Source: Bacteroidia bacterium (GTDB lineage: Bacteria; Bacteroidota; Bacteroidia; B-17B0; Aurantibacillaceae). Taken from it: DNA of 64,000 nt. The stretch is taken from NCBI GenBank assembly GCA_044353195.1, contig JBILCJ010000001.1, positions 9,213-73,212 of the forward strand. The letters are read 5' to 3'. A program made the translations under genes and the position numbers. This document shows, in pieces, positions 50,487 to 59,386 of the stretch (the first letter of the stretch is position 1; every line of letters starts with the position of its first letter). The notes under the pieces are model-generated. The model searched no databases, had not been told where the DNA came from, and was given only the letters and a program-made list of their open reading frames with translations.

Positions 50487-52154
50487 ATGGGAGGCGGTAA
50501 AGAAACCCCAAGACAAAAGATGATTGGTATGATGTATCTCGTACTAACAGCACTCTTGGCAATGAATACATCAAAACAAGTTTTACAAGGATATTTGGCA
50601 GTAAATGAAAGTTTGGCTAAATCTAAAGAAAACTTAAACGAAAACAACATTCGGACAGCTAAATCTTTTGAGGCATCTATTAATGGTAATGCCGGAGCAA
50701 GACCTTATTACGAAAAAGCTGTTGAAGCTCAAAAAGAAATCGAAGAGGTTTTTAAATATATTGGAAAAGTTAGAACTAATGTAGTTGTTCACACTGAGCC
50801 TGCAACCACTGGAGGCAATGAAAAAGTAGCTGATACTTTAAATTTGCGTCGTATGGAAAAAATTGACGACTATGATATTCCAAGTCATGTATTAGGTTTA
50901 GGAGAACCCAAAGCTCCAGAAAAGGGACCTTTAACAGCATATGAATTGAGAGGTAAATTAACGAGTCTACATGACAAGTTGATTTCTATGGTTGAAACCA
51001 TGCAAAAAGATCCAAAAACTAAGTTGTTAGATGACGATTACCAAGGTATTAAAAAGAAAATAGGTTCAATTAAGCCAGTTGATAGTAAACGTTTAGAAGA
51101 TGGTATTGAATTTAATTGGGAAATGGATAATTTCTATCATTTACCATTAGCCGCAGTTTATACAAGTTTCAATAAAATTCAAAACGATTTAAAAAACGTT
51201 GAGGCTGAAATTTTACAAGTATTTTCAGGTGCTAGTGGGAAATTAGCTATTAAATTTGACCATTTAGAAGCAAAGGTAATTGCACCTTCTTCATACATCC
51301 AAGCTGGACAACCTTATAAAGCTGATATTTTATTAGTTGCATCTTCTTCAAAAGCAGCTAAAGGCGATTTAGAGTTTTTGATTGGAGCAGATTCTGCTTC
51401 TGGTTCAGGTGGAACTTTATTAGAAACAGTTGAAAATGGTATCGGTAAATATTCTGCTGGAACAGGTGGGCAAGGTGAGCAAACATTTAAAGGTGTAATC
51501 AAGTTCAAAAAGCCAGATGGTTCTTTTGATCGTTATCCTTTTTCCGCTACGTATATGGTTGCTGCTCCGGCTGTAGCTGTTGAGGCTGAAAAAATGAATG
51601 TATTTTATATCGGTGTTGATAATCCAATTGCAGTTTCTGCTGCTGGCGTATCGCCCACTGATTTAATTGTTAATGCAACAGGTGGTGGATGTACCAAAAC
51701 TGGTGGTGCTGGTGGTAAGTTTGTTTTAAAATTTACAACAGTTGGAGAATGCGAAATTTCTGTTTCTGCAAAAACGAAAGATGGAACAAAACCTCAAGGT
51801 CCGGCAAAAAAGTTTCGTGTAAAGAAAATTCCTGATCCAGTAGCTAAAGTTGGTGGTAAAACAGGTAATGTAGACATGAAAAAATCTGAATTAGCCTCTA
51901 TTGCTGGTGTTGGAGCTGAGTTAGCTGGATTCGACTTTGATGCCAAATTCATTGTAGTGTCATTTGAATTAAGTGCGGTTGTTAAAGGTAACTTAAAAAG
52001 CGAGGCTTGTACAGGCAATAATTTATCTTCTGGGGCAAAGGCTGTTTTAGCTTCAGCCGGAGTTGGAAGTAAAATATTTGTAGATAATGTTAAAGCTAAA
52101 GGCCCTGATGGTACTATCAGAAATATTCCTGGAGTAACAATAAAAGTAAAATAA
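50487..52154 (+). CDS. gldM: Gliding motility/T9SS protein GldM
   Basis: The N-terminus MGGGKETPRQKMIGMMYLVLTALLAMN is the canonical GldM start. 555 aa. Confidence 0.93.
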   Translation: MGGGKETPRQKMIGMMYLVLTALLAMNTSKQVLQGYLAVNESLAKSKENLNENNIRTAKSFEASINGNAGARPYYEKAVEAQKEIEEVFKYIGKVRTNVVVHTEPATTGGNEKVADTLNLRRMEKIDDYDIPSHVLGLGEPKAPEKGPLTAYELRGKLTSLHDKLISMVETMQKDPKTKLLDDDYQGIKKKIGSIKPVDSKRLEDGIEFNWEMDNFYHLPLAAVYTSFNKIQNDLKNVEAEILQVFSGASGKLAIKFDHLEAKVIAPSSYIQAGQPYKADILLVASSSKAAKGDLEFLIGADSASGSGGTLLETVENGIGKYSAGTGGQGEQTFKGVIKFKKPDGSFDRYPFSATYMVAAPAVAVEAEKMNVFYIGVDNPIAVSAAGVSPTDLIVNATGGGCTKTGGAGGKFVLKFTTVGECEISVSAKTKDGTKPQGPAKKFRVKKIPDPVAKVGGKTGNVDMKKSELASIAGVGAELAGFDFDAKFIVVSFELSAVVKGNLKSEACTGNNLSSGAKAVLASAGVGSKIFVDNVKAKGPDGTIRNIPGVTIKVK

Positions 52155-52157
52155 ATA

Positions 52158-53009
52158 ATGATGAAAAAGTTTAAACATATTCTATTGTGCGCTGCTGCCA
52201 TTTTGGTTACAACGAATATTGATGCGCAACCTAGTATTTTCCAACCAGGAGATTACAAAGATGGTGTATATGATAAGGAAAATTCAACTAACCGACGTGT
52301 TATACCTTATACGCATTTGCGTGAAGCTGATGTAACATGGGAGAAACGCGTATGGAGAGAAATAGATATGCGTGAAAAACAAAATCAACAATTATATTTC
52401 CCTTTAGAGATTGGCGTAAGTCGAATCTCATTACTACAAGTATTGTTTAAGTATATTTTGAAGAATGAGTTGATTGCTTTTAGCGATGAAGAATTTCAAG
52501 TTCAATTGGAGCCTTCTGTTATTCGTAATAAAATTGTTAAAATTGATACTGTAGAGCAAATGTCTTATCTCGAAGATGGAACCGAAGTTGCAACTCGTGT
52601 TGGCACTTCTGATTCTACTTGGATGTACAGACAATTCCGAAAAATTAGATTAAAAGAAGATTGGTTTTTTGATAAACAAAAGTCGGTTTTAGAGGTTCGT
52701 ATTATAGGTATGGGGATTTACACTTATGATGAAGAAAAAGAGGCTCCAAAAGAACAGTTTTGGGTTTATTTCCCATCATGTCGTAAATTTTTCGCTAAGC
52801 ACGAAGTGTATAATCCTAAAAATGATTCAGAACGAAGAACATTTGAAGATATATTTTGGAAGCGCCAATTTGCTAGTGTAATTACGAAAGAAACGAATGT
52901 GTTTGATAGACAAATTTCTGAGTACTCAAAAGGTATTGATGCATTGCTAGAATCTGACCGTATTAAAAATGATATTTTTACGTGGGAGCATGATCAATGG
53001 CATTTTTAA
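52158..53009 (+). CDS. gldN: Gliding motility/T9SS protein GldN
   Basis: Signal peptide, starts 3 nt after the gldM stop, 283 aa. The call rests on synteny plus family-like sequence. Confidence 0.88.
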   Translation: MMKKFKHILLCAAAILVTTNIDAQPSIFQPGDYKDGVYDKENSTNRRVIPYTHLREADVTWEKRVWREIDMREKQNQQLYFPLEIGVSRISLLQVLFKYILKNELIAFSDEEFQVQLEPSVIRNKIVKIDTVEQMSYLEDGTEVATRVGTSDSTWMYRQFRKIRLKEDWFFDKQKSVLEVRIIGMGIYTYDEEKEAPKEQFWVYFPSCRKFFAKHEVYNPKNDSERRTFEDIFWKRQFASVITKETNVFDRQISEYSKGIDALLESDRIKNDIFTWEHDQWHF

Positions 53010-53027
53010 ATCATAAATTGATGCATT

Positions 53028-53068
53028 AAAAAATCCCCTTTCATTATGAAAGGGGATTTTTTGTTTTT
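53028..53068. terminator. Bidirectional intrinsic terminator (gldN and the convergent glyA)
   Basis: 15-bp perfect stem AAAAAATCCCCTTTC/GAAAGGGGATTTTTT with loop ATTAT, and T-rich flanks. Confidence 0.85.
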
Positions 53069-53109
53069 ATTCATATAATTTACACTGAAAAAAATTAGGA
53101 TTGTAATGT

Positions 53110-54384
53110 TTAGTCTTTGAATAAAGGAAATTTACTCATCATGGTATTTATTTTCAACTTTAGTTTTGCAATTTCTTTAGGATTGTCTTTATGTTTTAAT
53201 GCAGAGTCAATATAATCTACCACTTTTAAGCAATCTTTTTCATTCAATCCTCTGCTTGTAATAGCTGGTGTGCCGATACGAATCCCAGAGGTAACAAAAG
53301 GAGATTTGTCATCAAAAGGAACCATGTTTTTATTTACTGTAATATCAACTTCCCCTAATGCTTTTTCAGCTTCTTTACCAGTAAGTTTTTTATTTCTTAA
53401 ATCAATTAACATACAATGATTATCTGTGCCTCCTGATATAATTTTATAACCCTTTTCTGTTAGTGCTTTTGCCATCACTTGAGCATTTTTAATTACTTGA
53501 ACACAATAATGCATGTATTCATCACTTAAACATTCTCCGTATGCTACTGCTTTGGCTGCTATAACGTGTTCTAAAGGTCCACCTTGCGTTCCAGGAAAAA
53601 CACCCATATCCAAACAGGCACTCATCATTTTTAATTCTCCCTTCAGCGTTTTTTCACCCATAGGATTTTCAAAATCTTTCCCCATCATAATCATTCCACC
53701 TCTTGGTCCTCTTAACGTTTTATGAGTAGTGGTTGTTACGATATGACAATGCGGTAAAGGATCATTTAAAATACCTTTTGCAATTAAACCAGATGGATGG
53801 GAAATATCTGCTAATAATAAAGCACCTACTGAATCGGCAATTTTTCTTAACCTAGCATAATCCCAATCTCTAGAATATGCTGAAGCTCCACAAATTATCA
53901 TTTTTGGCTTTTCTTTTTTAGCTATCTCCTCAACTTTATTGTAATTTACTTTACCCGTTTTTTCATCCACACCATAAAATGTAGCGCGGTATAATTTTCC
54001 GGAAAAATTTACCGGCGAGCCGTGTGTTAAATGTCCACCATGTGATAAATCAAACCCTAGAATAGTATCGCCAGGTTTAAGACAAGCCAACATTACAGCT
54101 GCATTAGCTTGCGCGCCTGAATGTGGTTGTACATTTACCCATGCTGCTCCAAATAATTCTTTAGCTCTATCAATTGCCAATTGCTCTACTTTATCAACCA
54201 CTTCGCAACCACCATAATAACGCTTGTTTGGCAACCCCTCTGCATATTTATTTGTTAATACGCTACCCATTGCTTTCATGACTTGCTCGCTCACATAATT
54301 TTCGCTGGCAATAAGTTCAATACCTCGAGTTTGGCGTTCTTTTTCTTCTTTAATCAATTTAAAAATAGTTGTGTCTTTTTTCAT
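53110..54384 (-). CDS. glyA: Serine hydroxymethyltransferase
   Basis: [17 protein letters not shown]-lysine motif. 424 aa. Confidence 0.95.
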   Translation of the reverse strand: MKKDTTIFKLIKEEKERQTRGIELIASENYVSEQVMKAMGSVLTNKYAEGLPNKRYYGGCEVVDKVEQLAIDRAKELFGAAWVNVQPHSGAQANAAVMLACLKPGDTILGFDLSHGGHLTHGSPVNFSGKLYRATFYGVDEKTGKVNYNKVEEIAKKEKPKMIICGASAYSRDWDYARLRKIADSVGALLLADISHPSGLIAKGILNDPLPHCHIVTTTTHKTLRGPRGGMIMMGKDFENPMGEKTLKGELKMMSACLDMGVFPGTQGGPLEHVIAAKAVAYGECLSDEYMHYCVQVIKNAQVMAKALTEKGYKIISGGTDNHCMLIDLRNKKLTGKEAEKALGEVDITVNKNMVPFDDKSPFVTSGIRIGTPAITSRGLNEKDCLKVVDYIDSALKHKDNPKEIAKLKLKINTMMSKFPLFKD

Positions 54385-54389
54385 AGTAT

Positions 54390-54869
54390 TTATTTTTTTT
54401 CAATATTAAATTTAGTGTAAAGTGTTGAGGTTGCTATGATGAAAAATGCAACTAATGGAGATTCTGCAATTCCCATTAACCATCTACTAAATGTATATTC
54501 TTCACCTGATAATTGATTATTAATAATGTAATTATAAAGCATAATAAAACTCGATAATGTAAATAATAAGCTATAAATATAAACAATCCACCTTGTTATT
54601 TTTTTATTGTCGCAAATAATTTTAACGGAGTAAAATGAAACCGTAAAATACATGACAACATAAAGAACTGTTAATGGATATTTAGCGTAATACAAAGTTT
54701 CATAATTATAATTAGACAGAAACGTTAAGCTTTTTGAAATGAATATATCGTTATTTTTGTAATATGTTTTGTATAATTGATTGTTTATATTTACAAATAC
54801 AAATTCTCTGCTAAAACCAAGAAAAGCGAAAACACTTAAAATGCTTAAATATTTCAAGGCCATTTTCAT
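54390..54869 (-). CDS. Exosortase F system-associated membrane protein (putative)
   Basis: 159-aa polytopic protein whose start overlaps the xrtF stop by 4 nt (ATGA). The assignment is by synteny with xrtF. Confidence 0.6.
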   Translation of the reverse strand: MKMALKYLSILSVFAFLGFSREFVFVNINNQLYKTYYKNNDIFISKSLTFLSNYNYETLYYAKYPLTVLYVVMYFTVSFYSVKIICDNKKITRWIVYIYSLLFTLSSFIMLYNYIINNQLSGEEYTFSRWLMGIAESPLVAFFIIATSTLYTKFNIEKK

Positions 54870-55399
54870 ATTTTTCCTTTTGCTTTTGAGAATTTATTTA
54901 CCCATACCATCCATAAGAAAAACACAAAACTGTAGGCGATAAATGTAAATGTATAGGTGTGATTAAATTCGAGATAAGATGGTTTGTAATAAGCAATAAG
55001 GGATAAAGAAACTATTCTACAAAGATTTAAGCTATACACTAAAATTATTCCTATCGGTAGATACCATAATTTATGTTTAAAATATCCAGGATAAGCAATA
55101 ATAAAGATGGCAAATAAAAACATGAGTGTAATTCCATTACACGGTCCGCCTATCCAAACTCCACTAGACCCGTCAATTCCAAACACTTGAAAATCATTAA
55201 TTTCTCTACTAGAGAAGGTTTTATAGTTTAAAAAAGATAAAATCAGTTCACAAGCATTTATAATTATACGAATGAAATATTGATCAAAACCCGTATATTT
55301 TTTTAAAATTAACTCATAAATAAAATAAAAAAACACATAAAGCAAACCTGCTTTTAATAAGAATTTATGAAATGTATTTAGTGTTATGAATTTTACCAA
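54866..55399 (-). CDS. xrtF: Exosortase family protein XrtF
   Basis: 177-aa polytopic protein with candidate Cys/Arg/His catalytic residues in membrane context (GGPCNGITLMF, NLCRIVSL, FNHTY). Size and neighbour fit the Flavobacteriia XrtF subtype. Confidence 0.75.
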   Translation of the reverse strand: MVKFITLNTFHKFLLKAGLLYVFFYFIYELILKKYTGFDQYFIRIIINACELILSFLNYKTFSSREINDFQVFGIDGSSGVWIGGPCNGITLMFLFAIFIIAYPGYFKHKLWYLPIGIILVYSLNLCRIVSLSLIAYYKPSYLEFNHTYTFTFIAYSFVFFLWMVWVNKFSKAKGKI

Positions 55400-55487
55400 G
55401 TTACGTGATATTCTATGTGTTTATGTTTATTATAGATTTTCATCGAGTATTGATATAAATTCGAATTTATAATAGTTAACCAGGGTA

Positions 55488-55697
55488 TTATATCTTTGTG
55501 TTCTTTTTAGAGTAGAGTTTTGAACCTCCATATATAATACCTGCTGCAATAAGGAGAGAAATCCCTCCATCAATAGGAATACAAGGTGGTGGCCAACAGA
55601 TTGGCCCACCACCACCTGGAGGAGGGGGTGGCCCTGCAAAACAAGAGGCAGAGGCCGTTAAGATAAAAAAGCCTAAAAGTTTTGATGTTAATTTCAT
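55488..55697 (-). CDS. Small secreted precursor with exosortase-type C-terminal sorting signal (candidate XrtF substrate)
   Basis: Hand-checked translation gives a signal peptide (MKLTSKLLGFFILTASASCFA), a core (GPPPPPGGGGPICWPPPCIP), then IDGG, a TM helix (ISLLIAAGIIYGG) and a basic tail (SKLYSKKNTKI). It is the only one of three overlapping same-strand ORFs with a coherent architecture. Confidence 0.6.
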   Translation of the reverse strand: MKLTSKLLGFFILTASASCFAGPPPPPGGGGPICWPPPCIPIDGGISLLIAAGIIYGGSKLYSKKNTKI

Positions 55698-55759
55698 TAT
55701 GATAAAAAATTAGTGCGATGCCATAAATGTAATAATTTTTATTTGCACTAACAATTGTA

Positions 55760-55790
55760 TTGTTAAAACGAGTGCAATTTATTATATTTG
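55760..55790 (+). promoter_or_regulatory. Candidate Bacteroidota sigma-A promoter for the wzc-like operon
   Basis: TTG at 55760-55762 and TATATTTG at 55783-55790 (matches the TAnnTTTG -7 consensus), 20-bp spacer, 22 nt upstream of the TTG start at 55813. Confidence 0.35.
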
Positions 55791-55812
55791 ACACTTAAGT
55801 AGACCCACAATT

Positions 55813-58191
55813 TTGAGCGAAAAGAACAATATTTCAAATTTAAATGTAAATGACCTTAAAGTAATTTGGAGGATTTTTGCAAAAAATTGGTATATTCCAG
55901 TTATAATTGTTGCGGTGTTGTATGTGGTAGGCTATTTTTATATTTATAAGTTAACAAATGTTTATCAAGCTTCAGTAGAACTTCTAAAATCAAATGACAC
56001 GTATTATAAGGAAAATTTAATTACTGACAATAATACTAGTTTTTATGGCGGTACTCAGAGTTTCATTGATAACTCTAATGAAATGCGAATCATTAAGTCT
56101 TATGATTTGATGAAAGAAACTATTGATAAATTAAAAGATAAATTACATGTCTCTTATTTTATTATTGGAAGGGTTAGAACAACAGAGCAATTTTCGGGCA
56201 ATCCATTTAAGATTAATGTCAAAAATATTAATCCACGCTTAAATGAAATGCGTATTAATTTCAGGATTCTTGATTATGATAAATTTCAGTTAAAGTATAA
56301 TTTAAATGGTGAGGATAAATTAAAAGTTGGAAAGTTTGGAGAAGATTGTATCGATTTAGATTTTAATTTTTTTATTGAAAGAGACGGGAATTTTAATCGT
56401 AACTCATTGTCGCAATTGTCGCAAATAGAATACCAATTTAGTGTGCACGATTTAAATAATTTGGTTTATAATTATCAACAAGGGCTTCAGGTATTGAATC
56501 CTGATTACACAAATGTTTTAGTATTATCATTAAATGATATTCTACCCGAGAGAGCGGTTTTGATTTTAGACACATTATCAAGGTCATACATAAACAGATC
56601 GCTCAATGCACGTTTTGATATTAATGAGCGCACAGTAACTTACATTGATAAGCAATTAGAGGAAGTTCGTTCTTCGTTAAAAGACGTGGAAGATACTATG
56701 CAGAATTACAAAAAAGACAACTCTATTTTAGATTTAGAATGGGAGAAAACTGATTTTTTTGCAAAACTTTCTTCTTATGATGATCAAAAATCTAAATTGA
56801 AATTAAAGATAGACGCAATCAATGATTTGGAGAAATACATAATTGAAGATAAAGATCCTCAGTTTTTACCACCAAATGTTTTTTTAGTTGATAATGATAA
56901 TTTTTTAATCTCTTCGGTTAAAGAATTATATTCTTCTCAAATAGAGTTAGGTAAAGTTTTAAGTTCATCAAAAGACATTAACCCAAATGTGATAGAAATT
57001 AAACAAAAAATCAAGCAGTTAAAACAAAGCATGTTGGTTTATGTCAATAATACGAGAAACGCCAGTTATAAAATCATTGAAAATTTAAATAGCGAAATTG
57101 GAAGTTATGTTGGCGAGATAAAAACAATTCCAAAAAAGCAGCGGGAAATTTTAAACATACAAAGAAAAGTAAACGTAAATGAAGAAATGTTTAACTTTTT
57201 ATTGCAAAAGAAAGCTAATACAAAAATAGCCAAAGCATCTATTGTTCCAGAAATTAATGTGATTGATAGCCCAAGAAATATAGGTGTTGTTAGTCCAGAT
57301 AGAAAATCAATTATTTCCAAATTTATCACAACGGGATTGATTATTTCTATTATTATTATTTTACTAAGAGTCTTTTTCTTTACGACTATTCAAACAGTGG
57401 AAGAATTGGCAGAAAAAACACATTTGCCAATAATAGGTGATTTACCTTTTCAGAAAAATTTACATAATTTTGGTTTTGCTGTTGAAACGAATCCTAACTC
57501 ATTCGTTTCTGAAGCATTTCGAACACTACGAACTAATCTGCAATATGTATTTCTTAACGCCCCAAAAAGCACCATTTTAGTAACTTCTAATGGGCCAGGC
57601 GAAGGTAAGACATTTACAACCATTAATATTGCCGCCATATTAGCTAAAGGAGGAAAGCGAGTTGTACTGTTAGAGTTAGATTTGCATAAACCTCGAATTC
57701 AAAAAGCACTTGAACTTAATGCGGATATTGGAATTAGTACATTTATGGTTGGTGCTAACACCTTGGATGAAATTGTAAAAAACACTCAGATTAAAAACCT
57801 TTATGCCATTTTATCTGGACCAATACCTCCAAATCCTTCTGACTTAGTTCTATCTGATAAATTGAAAGAATTGATGGACTATGCAAAACAAAACTTTGAC
57901 TATGTCTTAATTGATACGCCGCCATTAGGATTATTATCAGATGCCGCTTATTTAATGCAGTATTCTGATATTAATCTATTTGTGTTAAATGCAAAACATG
58001 CTAATAAACACGTTTTAAACTTGTTTCATAAAACAGTTGCAGATAATTCAATTAAACATGTTTACTTGGTTTTGAATGGTGTAAAACGCCGGAAAAATAA
58101 ATATTATTATTCGAGATACGGTTATGGCTATGGTTACGGCTATGGTTACGGCTACGGATATGGTTACGGATATAATAAAGATAAGTCTTAA
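55813..58191 (+). CDS. wzc: Polysaccharide biosynthesis tyrosine autokinase (Wzz/GumC domain plus BY-kinase)
   Basis: N-terminal Wzz-type TM and periplasmic coiled region, second TM, Walker A SNGPGEGKTFTT, Walker A' VVLLELDL, Walker B VLIDTPP, and a C-terminal Tyr cluster. TTG start. Confidence 0.88.
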   Translation: MSEKNNISNLNVNDLKVIWRIFAKNWYIPVIIVAVLYVVGYFYIYKLTNVYQASVELLKSNDTYYKENLITDNNTSFYGGTQSFIDNSNEMRIIKSYDLMKETIDKLKDKLHVSYFIIGRVRTTEQFSGNPFKINVKNINPRLNEMRINFRILDYDKFQLKYNLNGEDKLKVGKFGEDCIDLDFNFFIERDGNFNRNSLSQLSQIEYQFSVHDLNNLVYNYQQGLQVLNPDYTNVLVLSLNDILPERAVLILDTLSRSYINRSLNARFDINERTVTYIDKQLEEVRSSLKDVEDTMQNYKKDNSILDLEWEKTDFFAKLSSYDDQKSKLKLKIDAINDLEKYIIEDKDPQFLPPNVFLVDNDNFLISSVKELYSSQIELGKVLSSSKDINPNVIEIKQKIKQLKQSMLVYVNNTRNASYKIIENLNSEIGSYVGEIKTIPKKQREILNIQRKVNVNEEMFNFLLQKKANTKIAKASIVPEINVIDSPRNIGVVSPDRKSIISKFITTGLIISIIIILLRVFFFTTIQTVEELAEKTHLPIIGDLPFQKNLHNFGFAVETNPNSFVSEAFRTLRTNLQYVFLNAPKSTILVTSNGPGEGKTFTTINIAAILAKGGKRVVLLELDLHKPRIQKALELNADIGISTFMVGANTLDEIVKNTQIKNLYAILSGPIPPNPSDLVLSDKLKELMDYAKQNFDYVLIDTPPLGLLSDAAYLMQYSDINLFVLNAKHANKHVLNLFHKTVADNSIKHVYLVLNGVKRRKNKYYYSRYGYGYGYGYGYGYGYGYGYNKDKS
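58117..58173 (+). repeat. Tandem TAY-GGN hexanucleotide repeat encoding (YG)9Y
   Basis: The sequence reads tac ggt tat ggc tat ggt tac ggc tat ggt tac ggc tac gga tat ggt tac gga tat. The 12-nt unit tatggttacggc occurs twice in tandem. Confidence 0.9.
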
Positions 58192-58259
58192 TTATAAATT
58201 ATATTCTATTTAAACTATTGCAACTTCATGTGAGTGAGGCTGCGAAGCTTTTGAGAAAA

Positions 58260-58751
58260 ATGAAATACTGGTATGCTGTATATGTTAATGTTAGACACGA
58301 AAAAAAAGTGGTCGAAAAATTACTTCAACAAAATGTGGAAGCTTATTCGCCTACCATAAAAAAACAGCAGCAATGGAGCGATAGAAAAAAGTGGGTGGAG
58401 TTTCCAATGTTAACAGGGTATGTTTTTGTTAAAATAAATTTAATTGAAAAAGAAAAAGTATTGTTTAATCAGAGTGTATTTTCTTTTGTAAAATTTAATA
58501 ACGAAGAAGCTAAAATTAGAGACGAAGAAATTGATATTTTGAAATCGATTGAAAAAACTGGGTACGATGTTACATCTGAAGTAAAAGGTTTAAAACTAAA
58601 CGATGAAGTTGAAATTTTACAAGGATTTTTAAAAGGACATAAGGGTATCTTAATTCAATTTGGTTCTGAAGATTATGTGCAAATTGAATTGTTAAGCTTA
58701 AAACAAAATGTTAAAGTTAAGGTTCCGAAAAACATCTTGAAACTTAATTAA
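58260..58751 (+). CDS. upxY: UpxY family (NusG-like) transcription antiterminator
   Basis: MKYWYAVYVNVRHEKKV is an NGN-domain start, so I prefer ATG 58260 over the listed TTG 58218. A KOW-like segment (NDEVEILQGFLKGHKGILIQ) is present. Confidence 0.82.
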   Translation: MKYWYAVYVNVRHEKKVVEKLLQQNVEAYSPTIKKQQQWSDRKKWVEFPMLTGYVFVKINLIEKEKVLFNQSVFSFVKFNNEEAKIRDEEIDILKSIEKTGYDVTSEVKGLKLNDEVEILQGFLKGHKGILIQFGSEDYVQIELLSLKQNVKVKVPKNILKLN

Positions 58752-58774
58752 ACTTTTAAGAAATAATATTTAGG

Positions 58775-59386
58775 ATGATTGTTATTGTTGATTACGGTTT
58801 AGGAAATTTAGCTTCTGTTGCAAATATGTTTAAAAAGGCTGGAATAAAAAATGTTTGTATTTCTAGTGATGAAAAGGTTATTGCAAAAGCTTCAAAATTG
58901 GTTTTGCCAGGAGTTGGTTCGTTTGATGCAGGTATGAAGAATTTAGAAGCTTCAAATTTAATACCGATACTGAACAAGAAAGTGCTTGAAGAAAAAGTTC
59001 CAATTTTAGGAATTTGTTTAGGCATGCAACTTCTTACAAAACGAAGTGATGAGGGTGAGAAAAGTGGCTTAGGTTGGATTGATGGGGAAACAGTTAAGTT
59101 TAAATTAGATCCATCACTAAAACTAAAAATACCTCACATGGGTTGGAATTATATTACAGTGCAAAAACCAAATCCATTAATTGATAGTAATAGTAAAAAC
59201 AGATTTTATTTCGTCCATTCTTATTATGTAAAATGTTTCGATCAAATTCAATCTCTTGCAACGAGCCATTTTGGAAATGATTTTACATGCATGGTAATGA
59301 AAAATAATATTTACGGCGCACAATTCCATCCTGAAAAAAGCTTGAAATTTGGAATGAGACTTTTAGAAAATTTTTCGAAACTGTAA
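58775..59386 (+). CDS. hisH: HisH-type glutamine amidotransferase, glycan-locus paralog (WbuY-like)
   Basis: Catalytic GICLGMQ Cys and the FHPEKS His/Glu region. 203 aa. It sits in a polysaccharide locus, not a his operon. Confidence 0.82.
   Translation: MIVIVDYGLGNLASVANMFKKAGIKNVCISSDEKVIAKASKLVLPGVGSFDAGMKNLEASNLIPILNKKVLEEKVPILGICLGMQLLTKRSDEGEKSGLGWIDGETVKFKLDPSLKLKIPHMGWNYITVQKPNPLIDSNSKNRFYFVHSYYVKCFDQIQSLATSHFGNDFTCMVMKNNIYGAQFHPEKSLKFGMRLLENFSKL

Noticed and set aside
51794-52201. 135-aa minus-strand ORF
   Set aside because: It is antisense to the gldM/gldN junction. It is Ala/Pro/Thr-rich by mirror composition, and both sense genes are well supported.
55430-55794. Two other overlapping minus-strand 69-74-aa ORFs (55430-55639, 55570-55794)
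   Set aside because: They are kept open only by the local GC-rich Pro/Gly-codon island. Neither has a signal peptide, TM helix or other coherent architecture, unlike the 55488-55697 frame.
58117-58173. Tandem repeat as a CRISPR or minisatellite element
   Set aside because: It is in frame within wzc and encodes the kinase Tyr cluster. There is no spacer/repeat organisation.
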